The translations under genes and the position numbers were made by a program. Positions 27,750-38,016 of a stretch of DNA of 64,000 nucleotides are shown here, piece after piece (the first letter of the stretch is position 1; the number at the start of each line of letters is the position of its first letter). The notes beneath the pieces were generated by a model. It did not search any database and was not told the origin of the DNA. It saw only the letters and a list, made by a program, of their open reading frames with translations. This DNA comes from an uncultured Verrucomicrobiae bacterium. Its GTDB lineage: Bacteria > Verrucomicrobiota > Verrucomicrobiia > Chthoniobacterales > Terrimicrobiaceae. Where the stretch lies: contig CAWJZG010000011.1 in the NCBI GenBank assembly GCA_963847295.1, positions 2,639 to 66,638 on the forward strand, written 5' to 3'.

Positions 27750-27869
27750 ATTCGCACCAGTCCCGTCCGGCCTGCTCAAACGGGCGGGTTCGAAGTCTCA
27801 TCGGGCAGCATCTGCGCCAAGAATTGATGACGATTTCAGGACGGGCCACGCAGCACCCGGACTTCCTCA

Positions 27870-28763
27870 TCAACTGAGTTCCATCCAAACCGTCGCAGCG
27901 CCATGCCCTGCCGGAATGTCAGGCAGCGCCGGCGAGGCGGAGAAAGTTACAGGCGACGAAACATGACGGGTGCCAAGAGTTCGCAACCGCGAAGCGTCCA
28001 GGGTCGAGCAATTCGTCGAGAGAAGAATGATCCCGCCGGGAGCCGCGCAATCGAACGCCATTTCGATGAGGCGGCCATAATCGCTTTCCGCGCGAAAGAG
28101 GCGGCCGCGTCGTCCTCTTGAAAAAGTCGGCGGATCCAGAACAATCGCATCGAATTTGTCGCCGCGCCGGGCGAGCCGGGGCAATACGTCAAAGGCATCG
28201 TCCGCTATGAAGCGATGTCCTTCGAGTGAAAGTCCGTTGAGCGCGAAGTTGCGGCGTCCGCGTTCGAGCGCGGCCCTAGACAGGTCTATGCTTAGTGTGC
28301 GCGCGCCGCACGTGGCTGCGGCAAGGGAAAACGAACATGTGTAAGCGAAGATGTTCAGCAGGTTCTCGACGTTCGATGCACGCAGCCTCCTTCGGTTGGC
28401 GCGTTGATCGAGAAACAAACCGCAGGAATACCCCGCCAGGAAGTCGATCTCATAACAAAGGCCCTCTTCGTGGACAACGGAGGTGCGCTGGCGCGGACTG
28501 CGCCCAATCGACCGTGGCGCGTCGTCCTTGCCGGGACCTATGACGAGGCGACGCGTATACATCCTCTCGATCAGCACAGCCGCTTTTCCGCACCAGGCGG
28601 CGAGCTCTTCCAGAACGCCTGAAGGCGGCTCCCCGGCGGTATGAGAGATGATCACGCCATCGCCAAAGCGCTCGATCCGGCATTCTTCGCCGTCGGCGAT
28701 TCGATAGGCGTCCGTCCCCAGGGAAGCAAATTCCTCGGCAAGCGCCGGCGGAATCCATTTCAT
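27870..28763 (-). CDS. Class I SAM-dependent methyltransferase (COG1092, RlmI/RlmK-like)
   Basis: GLFLDQRANR, NIFAYTCSFSLAAA, DAIVLDPPTFS. Confidence 0.75.
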   Translation of the reverse strand: MKWIPPALAEEFASLGTDAYRIADGEECRIERFGDGVIISHTAGEPPSGVLEELAAWCGKAAVLIERMYTRRLVIGPGKDDAPRSIGRSPRQRTSVVHEEGLCYEIDFLAGYSCGLFLDQRANRRRLRASNVENLLNIFAYTCSFSLAAATCGARTLSIDLSRAALERGRRNFALNGLSLEGHRFIADDAFDVLPRLARRGDKFDAIVLDPPTFSRGRRGRLFRAESDYGRLIEMAFDCAAPGGIILLSTNCSTLDASRLRTLGTRHVSSPVTFSASPALPDIPAGHGAATVWMELS

Positions 28764-28783
28764 TTCTCGCCCCTTTCCAACGT

Positions 28784-29815
28784 TCAGGGTTGAGATTGGC
28801 CTCCGGAGTGTTGGCGAAGGAATTCGACGACCTTTTTCTGCAACTCGGAACCCCAGGGACCAATTTCAACGAGATGCCCGGCTCCCTCGATCGGATACAG
28901 GATCGCTCCAGGGATTCTGCCAGCGACCGCCTGCGCGTTCTCAATTGGCACGCATTTGTCCGCGGTGCCATGCACGACAAGTGTGGGGACTCTGATGGTC
29001 TCGAGCGGAAGATCCAGCATCGCGCGAATCTGAGCCAGGTCGTTGCGGATGCCGGCCTCTCTAGCTCCCAACGGAACGAAGGTTCCTACAAGGCTCTGGA
29101 ACCATTCGAGCTGATCCGAATCACCAAGGACATAATTTTCCAATGCATCACGCTGGGCCTCGGTGCCGCTGTTCTGAGCTTTCAGAATCCACGAAAGCGT
29201 TCTGGCCGGATCTCTTTCGGTCGCCTCAGCGCAAACCCAGGCGCCAATGTCGCTCCCGAATCCATTGAGCACGATCCTTCCGGGCTCGGTCCGCTGCGGA
29301 TTCGCAGCGGGATCGAACTTCGCTGTCACAGCGGCAATAAGAACCAAAGCCCAGACCTTCGCCGGATGCCGAATTACGAATTGGATGGCTGCGGGCGCTC
29401 CCGATGAACTTGCCAGAACTGCCACGCTGGAAATTCCCGTCTTGTCGATCAAAGCTGCCATCGCATCGGCTTGCTGTTCAGGCGAAAGCCCGGTAGCTAG
29501 CGGCGTGCGCAAATAGCCGGGACGCGACGGCGCGACGATCTGAAATTCGTCCTCCGCGAAAAAAGAACCCAGCATCATCGCCTGGTCGTAGCCGCCCGGC
29601 GCGCCGTGAAAGACTAGCACCGCAGGCCCTTCCCCATGGATAAGAAATTCCACCGGTCCAAAATCAGTCTTCGCAATCTCGCTGGCCGAATCCAGCGCTG
29701 CAAGCCTGTCCGCGCGCCACGACGCAAACCACGCGAAAACCAGCCCGAACGCCAGCAGCGCCAGCACACAGAGTAAAAAACTGCCTTTCGCGAGAAGCCG
29801 AAGCGAAGACGTCAT
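28784..29815 (-). CDS. Alpha/beta hydrolase with an N-terminal membrane anchor
   Basis: Trimmed to ATG 29815, because the longer ORF would run into the tRNA. TM segment LLCVLALLAFGLVFAWF, then LVFHGAPGG and VLASSSGA (a nucleophile-elbow-like motif). Confidence 0.75.
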   Translation of the reverse strand: MTSSLRLLAKGSFLLCVLALLAFGLVFAWFASWRADRLAALDSASEIAKTDFGPVEFLIHGEGPAVLVFHGAPGGYDQAMMLGSFFAEDEFQIVAPSRPGYLRTPLATGLSPEQQADAMAALIDKTGISSVAVLASSSGAPAAIQFVIRHPAKVWALVLIAAVTAKFDPAANPQRTEPGRIVLNGFGSDIGAWVCAEATERDPARTLSWILKAQNSGTEAQRDALENYVLGDSDQLEWFQSLVGTFVPLGAREAGIRNDLAQIRAMLDLPLETIRVPTLVVHGTADKCVPIENAQAVAGRIPGAILYPIEGAGHLVEIGPWGSELQKKVVEFLRQHSGGQSQP

Positions 29816-29894
29816 CGAAAGAAAGTGATGAGTCCGCGGCAGGCGGTGGCAAGAAAAAGAAGTGAACGCATGCCACTTTCGTTGCTGCTGAAAT

Positions 29895-29967
29895 TGGGGG
29901 CACACGGATTCGAACCGTGAACCAAGCAGTTATGAGCCGCCTGCTCTGACCGTTGAGCTATGCCCCC
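29895..29967 (-). tRNA. tRNA with anticodon CAT: elongator tRNA-Met, or tRNA-Ile2 if lysidine-modified. CCA is not encoded.
   Basis: GGGGGCA TA GCTC AACGGTCA GAGC A GGCGG CTCATAA CTGCT TGGTT CACGG TTCGAAT CCGTG TGCCCCC A. It lacks initiator features. Confidence 0.85.
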
Positions 29968-29978
29968 CTCTTGTTGAA

Positions 29979-30587
29979 CTAAACAGAATTCCTGGGTGTT
30001 GCGTGAGGTTTTTTTCCGGACCCTTCGGAGCGGCCTTTAAGAAACCGTCCGCTGAACCAATCCCAGCCTTTGAGAGCAAGCGGATAGACCGTCAGAGAAA
30101 CGATTGCTCCGGAGAGGAAGGCGCCGGCCAGGAGCGGCAGCGGGGCTCGAGAAAGAAACGCAAGCACATCAGCGGCCGGCTCTTCGGCTGGAGTTCTTCC
30201 GATAAGCACATTTCCAAGCTTGTACTGCGCCAGGAGCAAGAGCGGTGTCGTCAGAGGGTTGCTGACCCAGGTGCAGGCGATGGCCGCCGGGATATTCACG
30301 CGAGTCAGATACGCGATCAGGGCTGCGGCGAGCATCTGGAAAGGCAAAGGCATCATCGCAAAGAAGACGCCAATCGCGCATCCCGAGGCGAAGCGGGCAC
30401 GCTCAGGCTGCCACATCTCGAGCGAGAATAAGCGGTCGCCCAGCTTGCGATGCAGCCACGTGCCCCGAAATTGCTTTATGCGCGGAAGAAGCCGCAAATA
30501 AGGCCCAGCCGAACTCCGCCGCCAATGACGAGGCTTCATCCGGGCGGAAAACGGCGGGCTATTTTCCTCCGCATCTCCGCTTGCCAA
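29979..30587 (-). CDS. DUF2062 domain membrane protein
   Basis: ..ASGCAIGVFFAMMPLPFQMLAAALIAYLTRVNIPAAIACTWVSNPLT.. The start is either TTG 30587 or ATG 30539. Confidence 0.7.
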   Translation of the reverse strand: MASGDAEENSPPFSARMKPRHWRRSSAGPYLRLLPRIKQFRGTWLHRKLGDRLFSLEMWQPERARFASGCAIGVFFAMMPLPFQMLAAALIAYLTRVNIPAAIACTWVSNPLTTPLLLLAQYKLGNVLIGRTPAEEPAADVLAFLSRAPLPLLAGAFLSGAIVSLTVYPLALKGWDWFSGRFLKGRSEGSGKKPHATPRNSV

Positions 30588-30606
30588 GGGTCACTAAGCT
30601 GCTTAA

Positions 30607-30957
<351 letters not shown>

Positions 30958-31007
30958 ACGAAAAGAGTCGCGAGAGTTTTTGAGTCAATCGCTGCCTATT
31001 GTTCGTC

Positions 31008-31856
31008 ATGGAATGGTGGAAGGCGCTGATTCTCGGTATTGTTGAGGGCGTCACAGAATACCTTCCGGTCAGCTCAACAGGCCACCTCCTTTTGACTCAA
31101 CGCGCCCTGGGAATTCCCCAGAGCGAATCTGCGGATGCCTTCGCAATTTGCATTCAGTCGGGGGCTATCGTCGCAGTCCTCGGGCTTTATTTTTCCCGCG
31201 TTCGCCAAATGGCCCGCGGCGTCATCGGCCGCGATCCCCAAGGATTCCAAATGGCTCTCAATGTCATCGCCGCCTTTCTGCCTGCGGCTTTTTTTGGACT
31301 GCTCTTTGAAAAGCCCATTAAGAAGTATCTTTTCGGAGGTGAAGCATGGGGACTCTGGCCGATTGTCGCGGCCTGGTTTTTCGGCGGAGTCGCGATTCTA
31401 GCAGTGAGCTGGTGGCAGTCCTCGCGTCAAACGACGACCCACAAATCGGGTCTTAGCCTGGATTCTCTTACCTGGAGAATGGCTGTGGTCGTCGGATTGA
31501 TCCAATGTATCGCCATGTGGCCAGGAGTCAGCCGCAGCTTGGTCACTATCGTTGGAGGCGTCATTGTCGGATTGAGCCTGCCGGCGGCAGTCGAATTCAG
31601 CTTCTTGCTCGGACTGCTTACCTTGAGTGCCGCCACCGCCTACGACGGCTTGAAGTACGGCCAGGAAATGGCGCGCTCCTTTGGCCTGCTCGCACTCTTC
31701 TTTGGTTTCCTTGGCGCGTGGGTCTCCGCGGTTCTCGCCGTGAAATGGATGGTGGCTTATCTCAAAAAGCACGGCATGCAGATTTTCGGCTACTACCGGA
31801 TTGCGCTCGCCATCGTCGTTACTTTTCTGATCTTGGGCGGCTGGCTGAGTCACTAG
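31008..31856 (+). CDS. uppP: Undecaprenyl-diphosphate phosphatase
   Basis: ATG 31008. MEWWKALILGIVEGVTEYLPVSSTGHLLL, plus multiple TM segments. Confidence 0.9.
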   Translation: MEWWKALILGIVEGVTEYLPVSSTGHLLLTQRALGIPQSESADAFAICIQSGAIVAVLGLYFSRVRQMARGVIGRDPQGFQMALNVIAAFLPAAFFGLLFEKPIKKYLFGGEAWGLWPIVAAWFFGGVAILAVSWWQSSRQTTTHKSGLSLDSLTWRMAVVVGLIQCIAMWPGVSRSLVTIVGGVIVGLSLPAAVEFSFLLGLLTLSAATAYDGLKYGQEMARSFGLLALFFGFLGAWVSAVLAVKWMVAYLKKHGMQIFGYYRIALAIVVTFLILGGWLSH

Positions 31857-31864
31857 CAAATGCT

Positions 31865-32635
31865 CTAAAGCTCGATATTCTCACCGTCTTCCGGCAAATA
31901 GACGGCGTCTATGCTCGAGAGTTCGCGCTCGAACAGCATTTGAAGGTCTCCCCGACGCTCGTCAAGCTCTCTGGAAAGGTGAGTCAAACACAGAGTTTCA
32001 ATGCTGGCGCCGCGCAACACGGCAACGAGCTCTTCGGGAGTAAAATGGGCGAGTTCGCAGATGAGAACATCGACGGGTTTCTCCACGACGCCGCGCAGAT
32101 CCTCAGCCGATCCAAGATCGCCCGAGTAAATGAATCTCTTGCCCGCCGCGAGAACCTCAAAAAGAAACGATTCGATGTTGAGATTTTTGATCTTTTCGCG
32201 AGCGCGGTCCAGGTGCGTCGTACGATGCGGCAAGACTGTAATGCCATCGAGGGCAATTGCCGTCTCCGCCTCCCACGAAAAAATCTCGATAACAAATCCA
32301 AGGATTTCAGACGGCAGCAAAACGGCGTCGAGCCACGCTCGCAGAGGCGCTGAAACATGGCGTGGCACGCCCACCGGCAGCGGCCTTTGCCGCCCGTGCA
32401 GCCAGCTTGCTTGCAGCAGCAGCGGCAAACCGCCGATGTGATCGGCGTGAGCATGGGTTATCCAAACCGCGTCAAGGTCGGCAAGGGAGACACCGATCTC
32501 AAGAAGCTGCGAGCCGCACGGCTCACCGGCATCAAGGAGCACGCGCATGCGTTCAACTTCGAGAAGGACGCTGGACTGAAAACGCCCGGCAGCTACGTCT
32601 CCCGGCCCCGTCCCAAGAAAAGTTACGGATGACAT
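31865..32635 (-). CDS. MBL-fold metallo-hydrolase
   Basis: ITHAHADHIGGLP (HxHxDH motif). Confidence 0.8.
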   Translation of the reverse strand: MSSVTFLGTGPGDVAAGRFQSSVLLEVERMRVLLDAGEPCGSQLLEIGVSLADLDAVWITHAHADHIGGLPLLLQASWLHGRQRPLPVGVPRHVSAPLRAWLDAVLLPSEILGFVIEIFSWEAETAIALDGITVLPHRTTHLDRAREKIKNLNIESFLFEVLAAGKRFIYSGDLGSAEDLRGVVEKPVDVLICELAHFTPEELVAVLRGASIETLCLTHLSRELDERRGDLQMLFERELSSIDAVYLPEDGENIEL

Positions 32636-32729
32636 TTGACAGAACCCGTAGGAGATTTGACTCCTCTCGACAAGCTGCGGCTACCGAAAAAGTTGCAACG
32701 ACCACCCTACAAATACTAAAGTTCGACCA

Positions 32730-33500
32730 ATGCGGTTCCTCCGTAAATATGCATTCTGGATCTTCCTTTTTTGCCTTGTCACCGTTTTGGTCAGTGCTCC
32801 TTCCCCGGACACGGCCAGAACGCGCCTCGCTGATGGTTTCGATCAACCTGTTGGAAAACCCGATGCTTCCGGATATTATACTTCTCGCGGCTTTCGGCCC
32901 AGATACCACATGGGTGAGGACTGGAACGGCCTTGAAGGGGGCAACAAAGACTTGGGCAAACCCGTTTACGCAGCGGCGAATGGCCTTGTTGTTCTCGCTC
33001 GCGATATGCGAATGGGTTGGGGAAATTTAATCATCGTCCGCCATATTTTTCTCGAAGACAAACAAATGAAGATGGCGGATTCCGCCTACGCCCACCTCGA
33101 TAAGATCCTCGTGCGCGATGGACAGCAAATCGTCCGGGGACAGCAAATCGGCACCATCGGAACCAATCGCGGAATGTATACGGCGCACCTTCACTTCGAA
33201 ATCCGAAAGAATCTTTTCATTGGCTACAACCAGCGCGGATTCGGGAAGGATTATTCCAATTACTACGTCCCTAGTTCATTCATCGCCCAACGGCGCAAAC
33301 TGTACGGAGCCGGCCGCAGCGCGCTCGTGGCAGTCAACACATTCAACGTCCAGGCAAGTGCAGTGCTGCCGCCGGGTGAATCGACGGCGCGCGCCCAACC
33401 CAAGGAATCAGAAAACCCAATGCTGGCCCCTGCCTCGGCTCCGTCGAAAAAGCGGGATTCGTTCCGCGTGAATCGTTTCAGCGATATCATCTCCAATTAG
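32730..33500 (+). CDS. M23 family (LytM-type) metallopeptidase, secreted
   Basis: Signal peptide. HMGEDWN, YAHLD, HLHFEIR. Confidence 0.85.
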   Translation: MRFLRKYAFWIFLFCLVTVLVSAPSPDTARTRLADGFDQPVGKPDASGYYTSRGFRPRYHMGEDWNGLEGGNKDLGKPVYAAANGLVVLARDMRMGWGNLIIVRHIFLEDKQMKMADSAYAHLDKILVRDGQQIVRGQQIGTIGTNRGMYTAHLHFEIRKNLFIGYNQRGFGKDYSNYYVPSSFIAQRRKLYGAGRSALVAVNTFNVQASAVLPPGESTARAQPKESENPMLAPASAPSKKRDSFRVNRFSDIISN

Positions 33501-33518
33501 CTCTTCCTCACGCGCCGC

Positions 33519-34370
33519 TTGTCACCGCCAGTCAGCCCGAGTACACAGCGCTTGTTGACGATACCTGAAACCCTTTTTCTCATCGCCGGAAGAGGCCGCT
33601 ACCCCTCCCTCCTAATCGAGTCTGCACGGGCGTCGGGAGTGAAGAAGATTTCCGTCGCGGCGTTCGAAGGTGAAACGCCCGAAGCCACAAGCGCCAACGC
33701 GGACGAAGTCTATTGGTTGCGGGTCGGCCAGCTTGGCAAGCTGCTCGATGCCGCGAGAAAATCCGGAGCTCGTCATGCCATGATGGCAGGACAGCTCGCA
33801 CCGGCCAACCTTTTCAATCTGCGTCCGGACGTTCGCGCGTTAATCCTCCTTGCAAGATTGAAGCGGCGCAATGCCGGGACACTCTTTGGAGAAGTTGCGA
33901 AGCAGCTCGCACAGGCCGGCGTGGAGCTCCTGAACGCTACGACCTTTCTCGACGCCCATATTGTTCGCTCGGGCCATATTGCGGGACCTCGGCCCAGATC
34001 GCGTGATATGGATGACATGCGCTTCGGCTTTGACATCGCCAAGGAAATCAGCCGTCTCGATATCGGACAGACCGTGATCGTCAAAGCTGGCACCGTGCTC
34101 GCCGTCGAGGCCTTTGAAGGCACCAACGAATGCATCCGCCGCGGCGGCAGCCTCGGACGCAAGGACGCAGTCCTGGTCAAGGTGACAAAACCCAATCACG
34201 ACATGCGCTTTGACGTTCCGGTCATCGGCGAGATGACCATCGCGGTGGCGCGCGAGGCAAAACTGAAAATCATCGCGTGCGAAGCGAACTGCACCCTTCT
34301 GCTTGATAGTCCCGCAGTGTGCCGCGCAGCTTCGGAAGGCGGCATTACTCTTTACGGCATTTCAGAATGA
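33519..34370 (+). CDS. lpxI: UDP-2,3-diacylglucosamine diphosphatase LpxI (DUF1009)
   Basis: LFLIAGRGRYP..DIGQTVIVKAGTVLAVEAFEGTNECIRRGG..DMRFDVPVIG. TTG start; the exact start is uncertain. Confidence 0.8.
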   Translation: MSPPVSPSTQRLLTIPETLFLIAGRGRYPSLLIESARASGVKKISVAAFEGETPEATSANADEVYWLRVGQLGKLLDAARKSGARHAMMAGQLAPANLFNLRPDVRALILLARLKRRNAGTLFGEVAKQLAQAGVELLNATTFLDAHIVRSGHIAGPRPRSRDMDDMRFGFDIAKEISRLDIGQTVIVKAGTVLAVEAFEGTNECIRRGGSLGRKDAVLVKVTKPNHDMRFDVPVIGEMTIAVAREAKLKIIACEANCTLLLDSPAVCRAASEGGITLYGISE

Positions 34371-35329
34371 GCATTCTTCGCACGGGTGTTGTCGGCGTCG
34401 GCCATATGGGCATCAATCATGCGCGCATCTATTCGCAACTCGAGAACTGCACCCTTTCGGCCGTCTACGACAAGAATCATGACGCCGCGCGTTACGTGGC
34501 AAGAAAGTACCGCACGCACGCCGCCAGCTCACTGGAGGAGTTTGCGGGGCTCGTGGATGCGGCAACGATCTGCACGCCCACCGTTACCCACTACGAGATC
34601 GGCGCCTTTCTCCTGGAACGCGGCAAGCACCTTCTTGTGGAAAAGCCCGTCGCTGACACACCCGCTGATGCCCGCGCGCTTTCTGAGCTCGCTACGAACC
34701 GTTCTTGCGTGCTGCAGGTAGGGCACATCGAGCGATTCAACCCGGTCCTTGCCGCGCTGGAAGGCAAACTCAATAACCCGCGTTTTCTGGAAGTCACTCG
34801 CCTCTCGCCGTATCCCAACCGAAGCACCGATATCGGCGTTGTTCTCGATCTGATGATCCACGACATTGAGATTATCCTGCACATAGTCCGTTCGCCGATC
34901 GTCAGCATGGATCCGGTCGGCATTGCCGTTTTGAGCAAGGGTGAGGATATCGCCAATGTCCGCTTTCGCTTTGAGAGCGGCTGTGTTGCCAATGTCACCG
35001 CCAGCCGCATCAGTCGCGACAAAGTGCGAAAAATCCGTGTGTTCCAGGAGAATGCTTATCTTTCGCTGGATTACCAAAAACAGGACGGTGTGATGTACCG
35101 CCTCCACGATGGCCCGAAGGGGAAGGAAATCATCCGCGACAAGGTCGAGATTCGGCGCGGGGAACCGCTCAAGATCGAGCTAGAGGCCTTTATCCGCTGT
35201 GCGCTCGAGGGTTCAAAGCCCAAGGTATCCGGTCACGAGGCTGCAGATGCCCTCGACATTGCCTTGGAAATCACACGCCGCATCGAGGAAGCCGATCCCC
35301 GAAAGAAGGTCGATCTTCAGCTTCCATGA
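34367..35329 (+). CDS. Gfo/Idh/MocA family NAD(P)-dependent oxidoreductase
   Basis: Trimmed to ATG 34367, which overlaps the lpxI stop as ATGA. MSILRTGVVGVGHMGINHARIY..LVEKP. Confidence 0.85.
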   Translation: MSILRTGVVGVGHMGINHARIYSQLENCTLSAVYDKNHDAARYVARKYRTHAASSLEEFAGLVDAATICTPTVTHYEIGAFLLERGKHLLVEKPVADTPADARALSELATNRSCVLQVGHIERFNPVLAALEGKLNNPRFLEVTRLSPYPNRSTDIGVVLDLMIHDIEIILHIVRSPIVSMDPVGIAVLSKGEDIANVRFRFESGCVANVTASRISRDKVRKIRVFQENAYLSLDYQKQDGVMYRLHDGPKGKEIIRDKVEIRRGEPLKIELEAFIRCALEGSKPKVSGHEAADALDIALEITRRIEEADPRKKVDLQLP

Positions 35330-36483
35330 CCACCCTGTGGTTCGTCGCCGGCGAGGCCAGCGGGGACGCCCGCGCCGCCGAGGTGATGAGCGTTTTGCTC
35401 ACGCTCGCCCCTAAACTCCGCTTTCTTGGCGCGGGAGGACCCAAAATGCGCGCCCTCGCAACGGAGCCCTTCGACGATTGGATCGCTGAAGCCGGCGTGC
35501 TGGGACTGTGGGACGTCTTGAAGCATTACGGTTATTTTCGGAAAAAATTCCACAGCATGCTCGATCAGATCGAAGAGACAAAGCCAGACGCCGTCGTATT
35601 GGTCGACTATCCCGGATTCAATCTCCGCCTGGCAAAAGCTCTGCGGGCGCGCGGCTTTCCGGGAAAGATCCTCTTCTATATCAGCCCTCAAGTCTGGGCA
35701 TGGAACCGCGGCCGGATTCCAAAAATGGCGCGCTATCTCGACTTGATGATCTGCGTTTTTCCGTTCGAGCAGCCGATGTACGAAGCGAGCGGGCTGCACA
35801 CGATCTTTGCCGGTCATCCCCTCCTCGAAGCGCTTGCCGCAGAGAAAACCGGCGTCGACCGAGACCAAAACCTCCTGGGACTCTTCCCGGGCAGCCGCGA
35901 ACGGGAGGTGAAGCGCATCTTCCCCGCTATGGTCGCAGCCGGCCATCTGATCCGGAAACGAAGACCGGATGTCCGCTTTGAAGCCGCCGCAGCCAACGAA
36001 GCGCATGCCAATCGGATGCGGCAAATGACCGGCGACTTGCCTATCGCGATCCATTCCGGAACTGCTCATCGACTCATGCAGCGTGCTTGCGCTGGCATTG
36101 TCTGTTCCGGCACCGCCACTCTCGAGGCTGCCTTTTTTGGTCTTCCTTACTGTCTCGTCTATCGGGTCGCGTGGCTCACCTTCGAGGTAGGCCGCCGCCT
36201 GGTCGATGTCGACTGCCTTGGCATTATCAATATTTTGAACAACTACAAACAGAACCCGCCCGGGGACCCCCGTCTGCCCGCAAGACCGGCGCCCCACGTC
36301 ATCCGCGAGTTCATTCAGCACCTTGCCACGCCGGAGGCCCTCGCCGCGGAGGCCCTGCTCCTGGTGAATGATTCAGAGCATCGCTCCCGCCTTGTCGCGA
36401 AGGTCAGCGAAATCGTATCGACCCTCGAAGCGCAAGGCGCAACCCGCCGCGCCTCAAAAGCGATTCTCGACGCCCTCCGATAA
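35326..36483 (+). CDS. lpxB: Lipid-A-disaccharide synthase
   Basis: ATG 35326 overlaps the upstream stop as ATGA. LWFVAGEASGDARAAEVM..VLVDYPGFNLRLAK..YYISPQVWAWNRGR-like motif (FYISPQVWAWNRGR). Confidence 0.9.
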   Translation: MTTLWFVAGEASGDARAAEVMSVLLTLAPKLRFLGAGGPKMRALATEPFDDWIAEAGVLGLWDVLKHYGYFRKKFHSMLDQIEETKPDAVVLVDYPGFNLRLAKALRARGFPGKILFYISPQVWAWNRGRIPKMARYLDLMICVFPFEQPMYEASGLHTIFAGHPLLEALAAEKTGVDRDQNLLGLFPGSREREVKRIFPAMVAAGHLIRKRRPDVRFEAAAANEAHANRMRQMTGDLPIAIHSGTAHRLMQRACAGIVCSGTATLEAAFFGLPYCLVYRVAWLTFEVGRRLVDVDCLGIINILNNYKQNPPGDPRLPARPAPHVIREFIQHLATPEALAAEALLLVNDSEHRSRLVAKVSEIVSTLEAQGATRRASKAILDALR

Positions 36484-36546
36484 AATTCCCGAGTTCGAGA
36501 TTTCCTTTCGGGAATTTCAGTAGATTCTTACGCGCGGACCTTATCA

Positions 36547-38016
36547 ATGCGCTTCCGGACGAGAGTTTTCACCCTCTTTCTGGTCATGGCTATCCTGACC
36601 GGCTTGCTCATCGCCGCCTTCATGTATCGTCCGACGAAGCAGCTGTTCATGGATCTGATGCAAACCAACGTGCTTTCCATCGCGGCCACAGCAGCCGCCA
36701 TGATGGACGCGGATTCTCACAATGGAATCCGCACGCGTTCCGACCAGGATACTCCCGCCTACAAGCAGCTCGAAAGTGAATTGAGGCGCGCTCGCGATGC
36801 GAATCGGCGCCGCGACATCTACGTCAAGTACATTTACTCCATGCGCCCCTACCCTCAAGATCCCAAAACGGCCGAGTTCGTTTTGGACGCCGAGGAAGAT
36901 GGTGTGAACAAATCGAATGTCGGCGACATCTATAAGACCACGAACCCGAATTACCTTGTCCGCTTCAATGAGTTTCAAGCCGACGAGGAGTTTGTGAGCG
37001 ATCAATGGGGGCTTTGGCTTACCGCTAACGCGCCAATCCGCGATGCGAGCAATCAGACGGTGGGAGCGGTCGGCGTGGATATCAGCGCGACGGAAACCAT
37101 ACAGCGCCTGAACGGTTTGTTTTGGAACGGCGCTCTGGCTCTCGGCGTCTCCCTCATCGCCGCCTATTTCCTGGCCAGCTTCGCGTCGCGGAGGATCGCT
37201 CGACCGTTGATCACCATCCGCAACGCCGTCGAGCGCATCGCGGGAGGCGACTATAGCCAAACGCTCAAACTCTCCTCGAAGGACGAGTTCGAGGAAGTTG
37301 CCAACGCTCTCAACAAGATGACCATTGGTTTGCAACAGCGAGAGGATCTAAAGAGCGCGCTTGCGCGGTATGTATCCGAAGACATCCTCAATGAAATCAT
37401 CTACGCCGGCAGACCCTCCGAACTTTACAGCCAACGCAAGAAAGTCACGGCGCTCTTCGCCGACGTGCGTGGATTCACCCATTTTTCCGAGCAGTTGAGT
37501 CCGGAGGAAACAGTCGCGATGTTGAACGATTACTTCGAGAAGATGATCGATGCGGTCTTCAAGAATTTTGGGCACTTGAACAAATTCATGGGCGATGGCC
37601 TCATGGCGCTATTTGGAGCCCTGCGGGACGACGAATTCCAGGAGGAACACGCAGTGCAAGCCGCGCTCGACATGCGTACCGCTCTAAAGGATCTGCAGGA
37701 GAAGTGGGCCACCTCCGAAAGCAGGGCGCGAGACGCCTTGGCTTCCCTGCGCATAGGCATCGGCATCAATACCGGCCTTGCCATCGTGGGAAATATCGGC
37801 TCCAAGCAACGCATGGAGTTTACCGCCATCGGCGACTCAATTAATCTCGCCTCGCGTCTTGAACAAGCCACGCGCGATCGCCAAGTGGACATCCTCGTCA
37901 GTGAGTTCACCTACGTCGCCACGCGCAGCCGCTTTCCCTTCGAGCCGGTAGGAGAGATTTCCCTCAAGGGGAAGACCGAAAGCGCTCGTACCTTCACGAT
38001 CAGAAAACCGGCATGA
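36547..38016 (+). CDS. Class III adenylate/guanylate cyclase with a periplasmic sensor and a HAMP domain
   Basis: Two TM segments flank a Cache-like region, followed by HAMP (IARPLITIRNAVERIAGGDY) and a cyclase core (VTALFADVRGFT..FMGDGLMALFG..GINTG..VGNIG). Confidence 0.85.
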   Translation: MRFRTRVFTLFLVMAILTGLLIAAFMYRPTKQLFMDLMQTNVLSIAATAAAMMDADSHNGIRTRSDQDTPAYKQLESELRRARDANRRRDIYVKYIYSMRPYPQDPKTAEFVLDAEEDGVNKSNVGDIYKTTNPNYLVRFNEFQADEEFVSDQWGLWLTANAPIRDASNQTVGAVGVDISATETIQRLNGLFWNGALALGVSLIAAYFLASFASRRIARPLITIRNAVERIAGGDYSQTLKLSSKDEFEEVANALNKMTIGLQQREDLKSALARYVSEDILNEIIYAGRPSELYSQRKKVTALFADVRGFTHFSEQLSPEETVAMLNDYFEKMIDAVFKNFGHLNKFMGDGLMALFGALRDDEFQEEHAVQAALDMRTALKDLQEKWATSESRARDALASLRIGIGINTGLAIVGNIGSKQRMEFTAIGDSINLASRLEQATRDRQVDILVSEFTYVATRSRFPFEPVGEISLKGKTESARTFTIRKPA

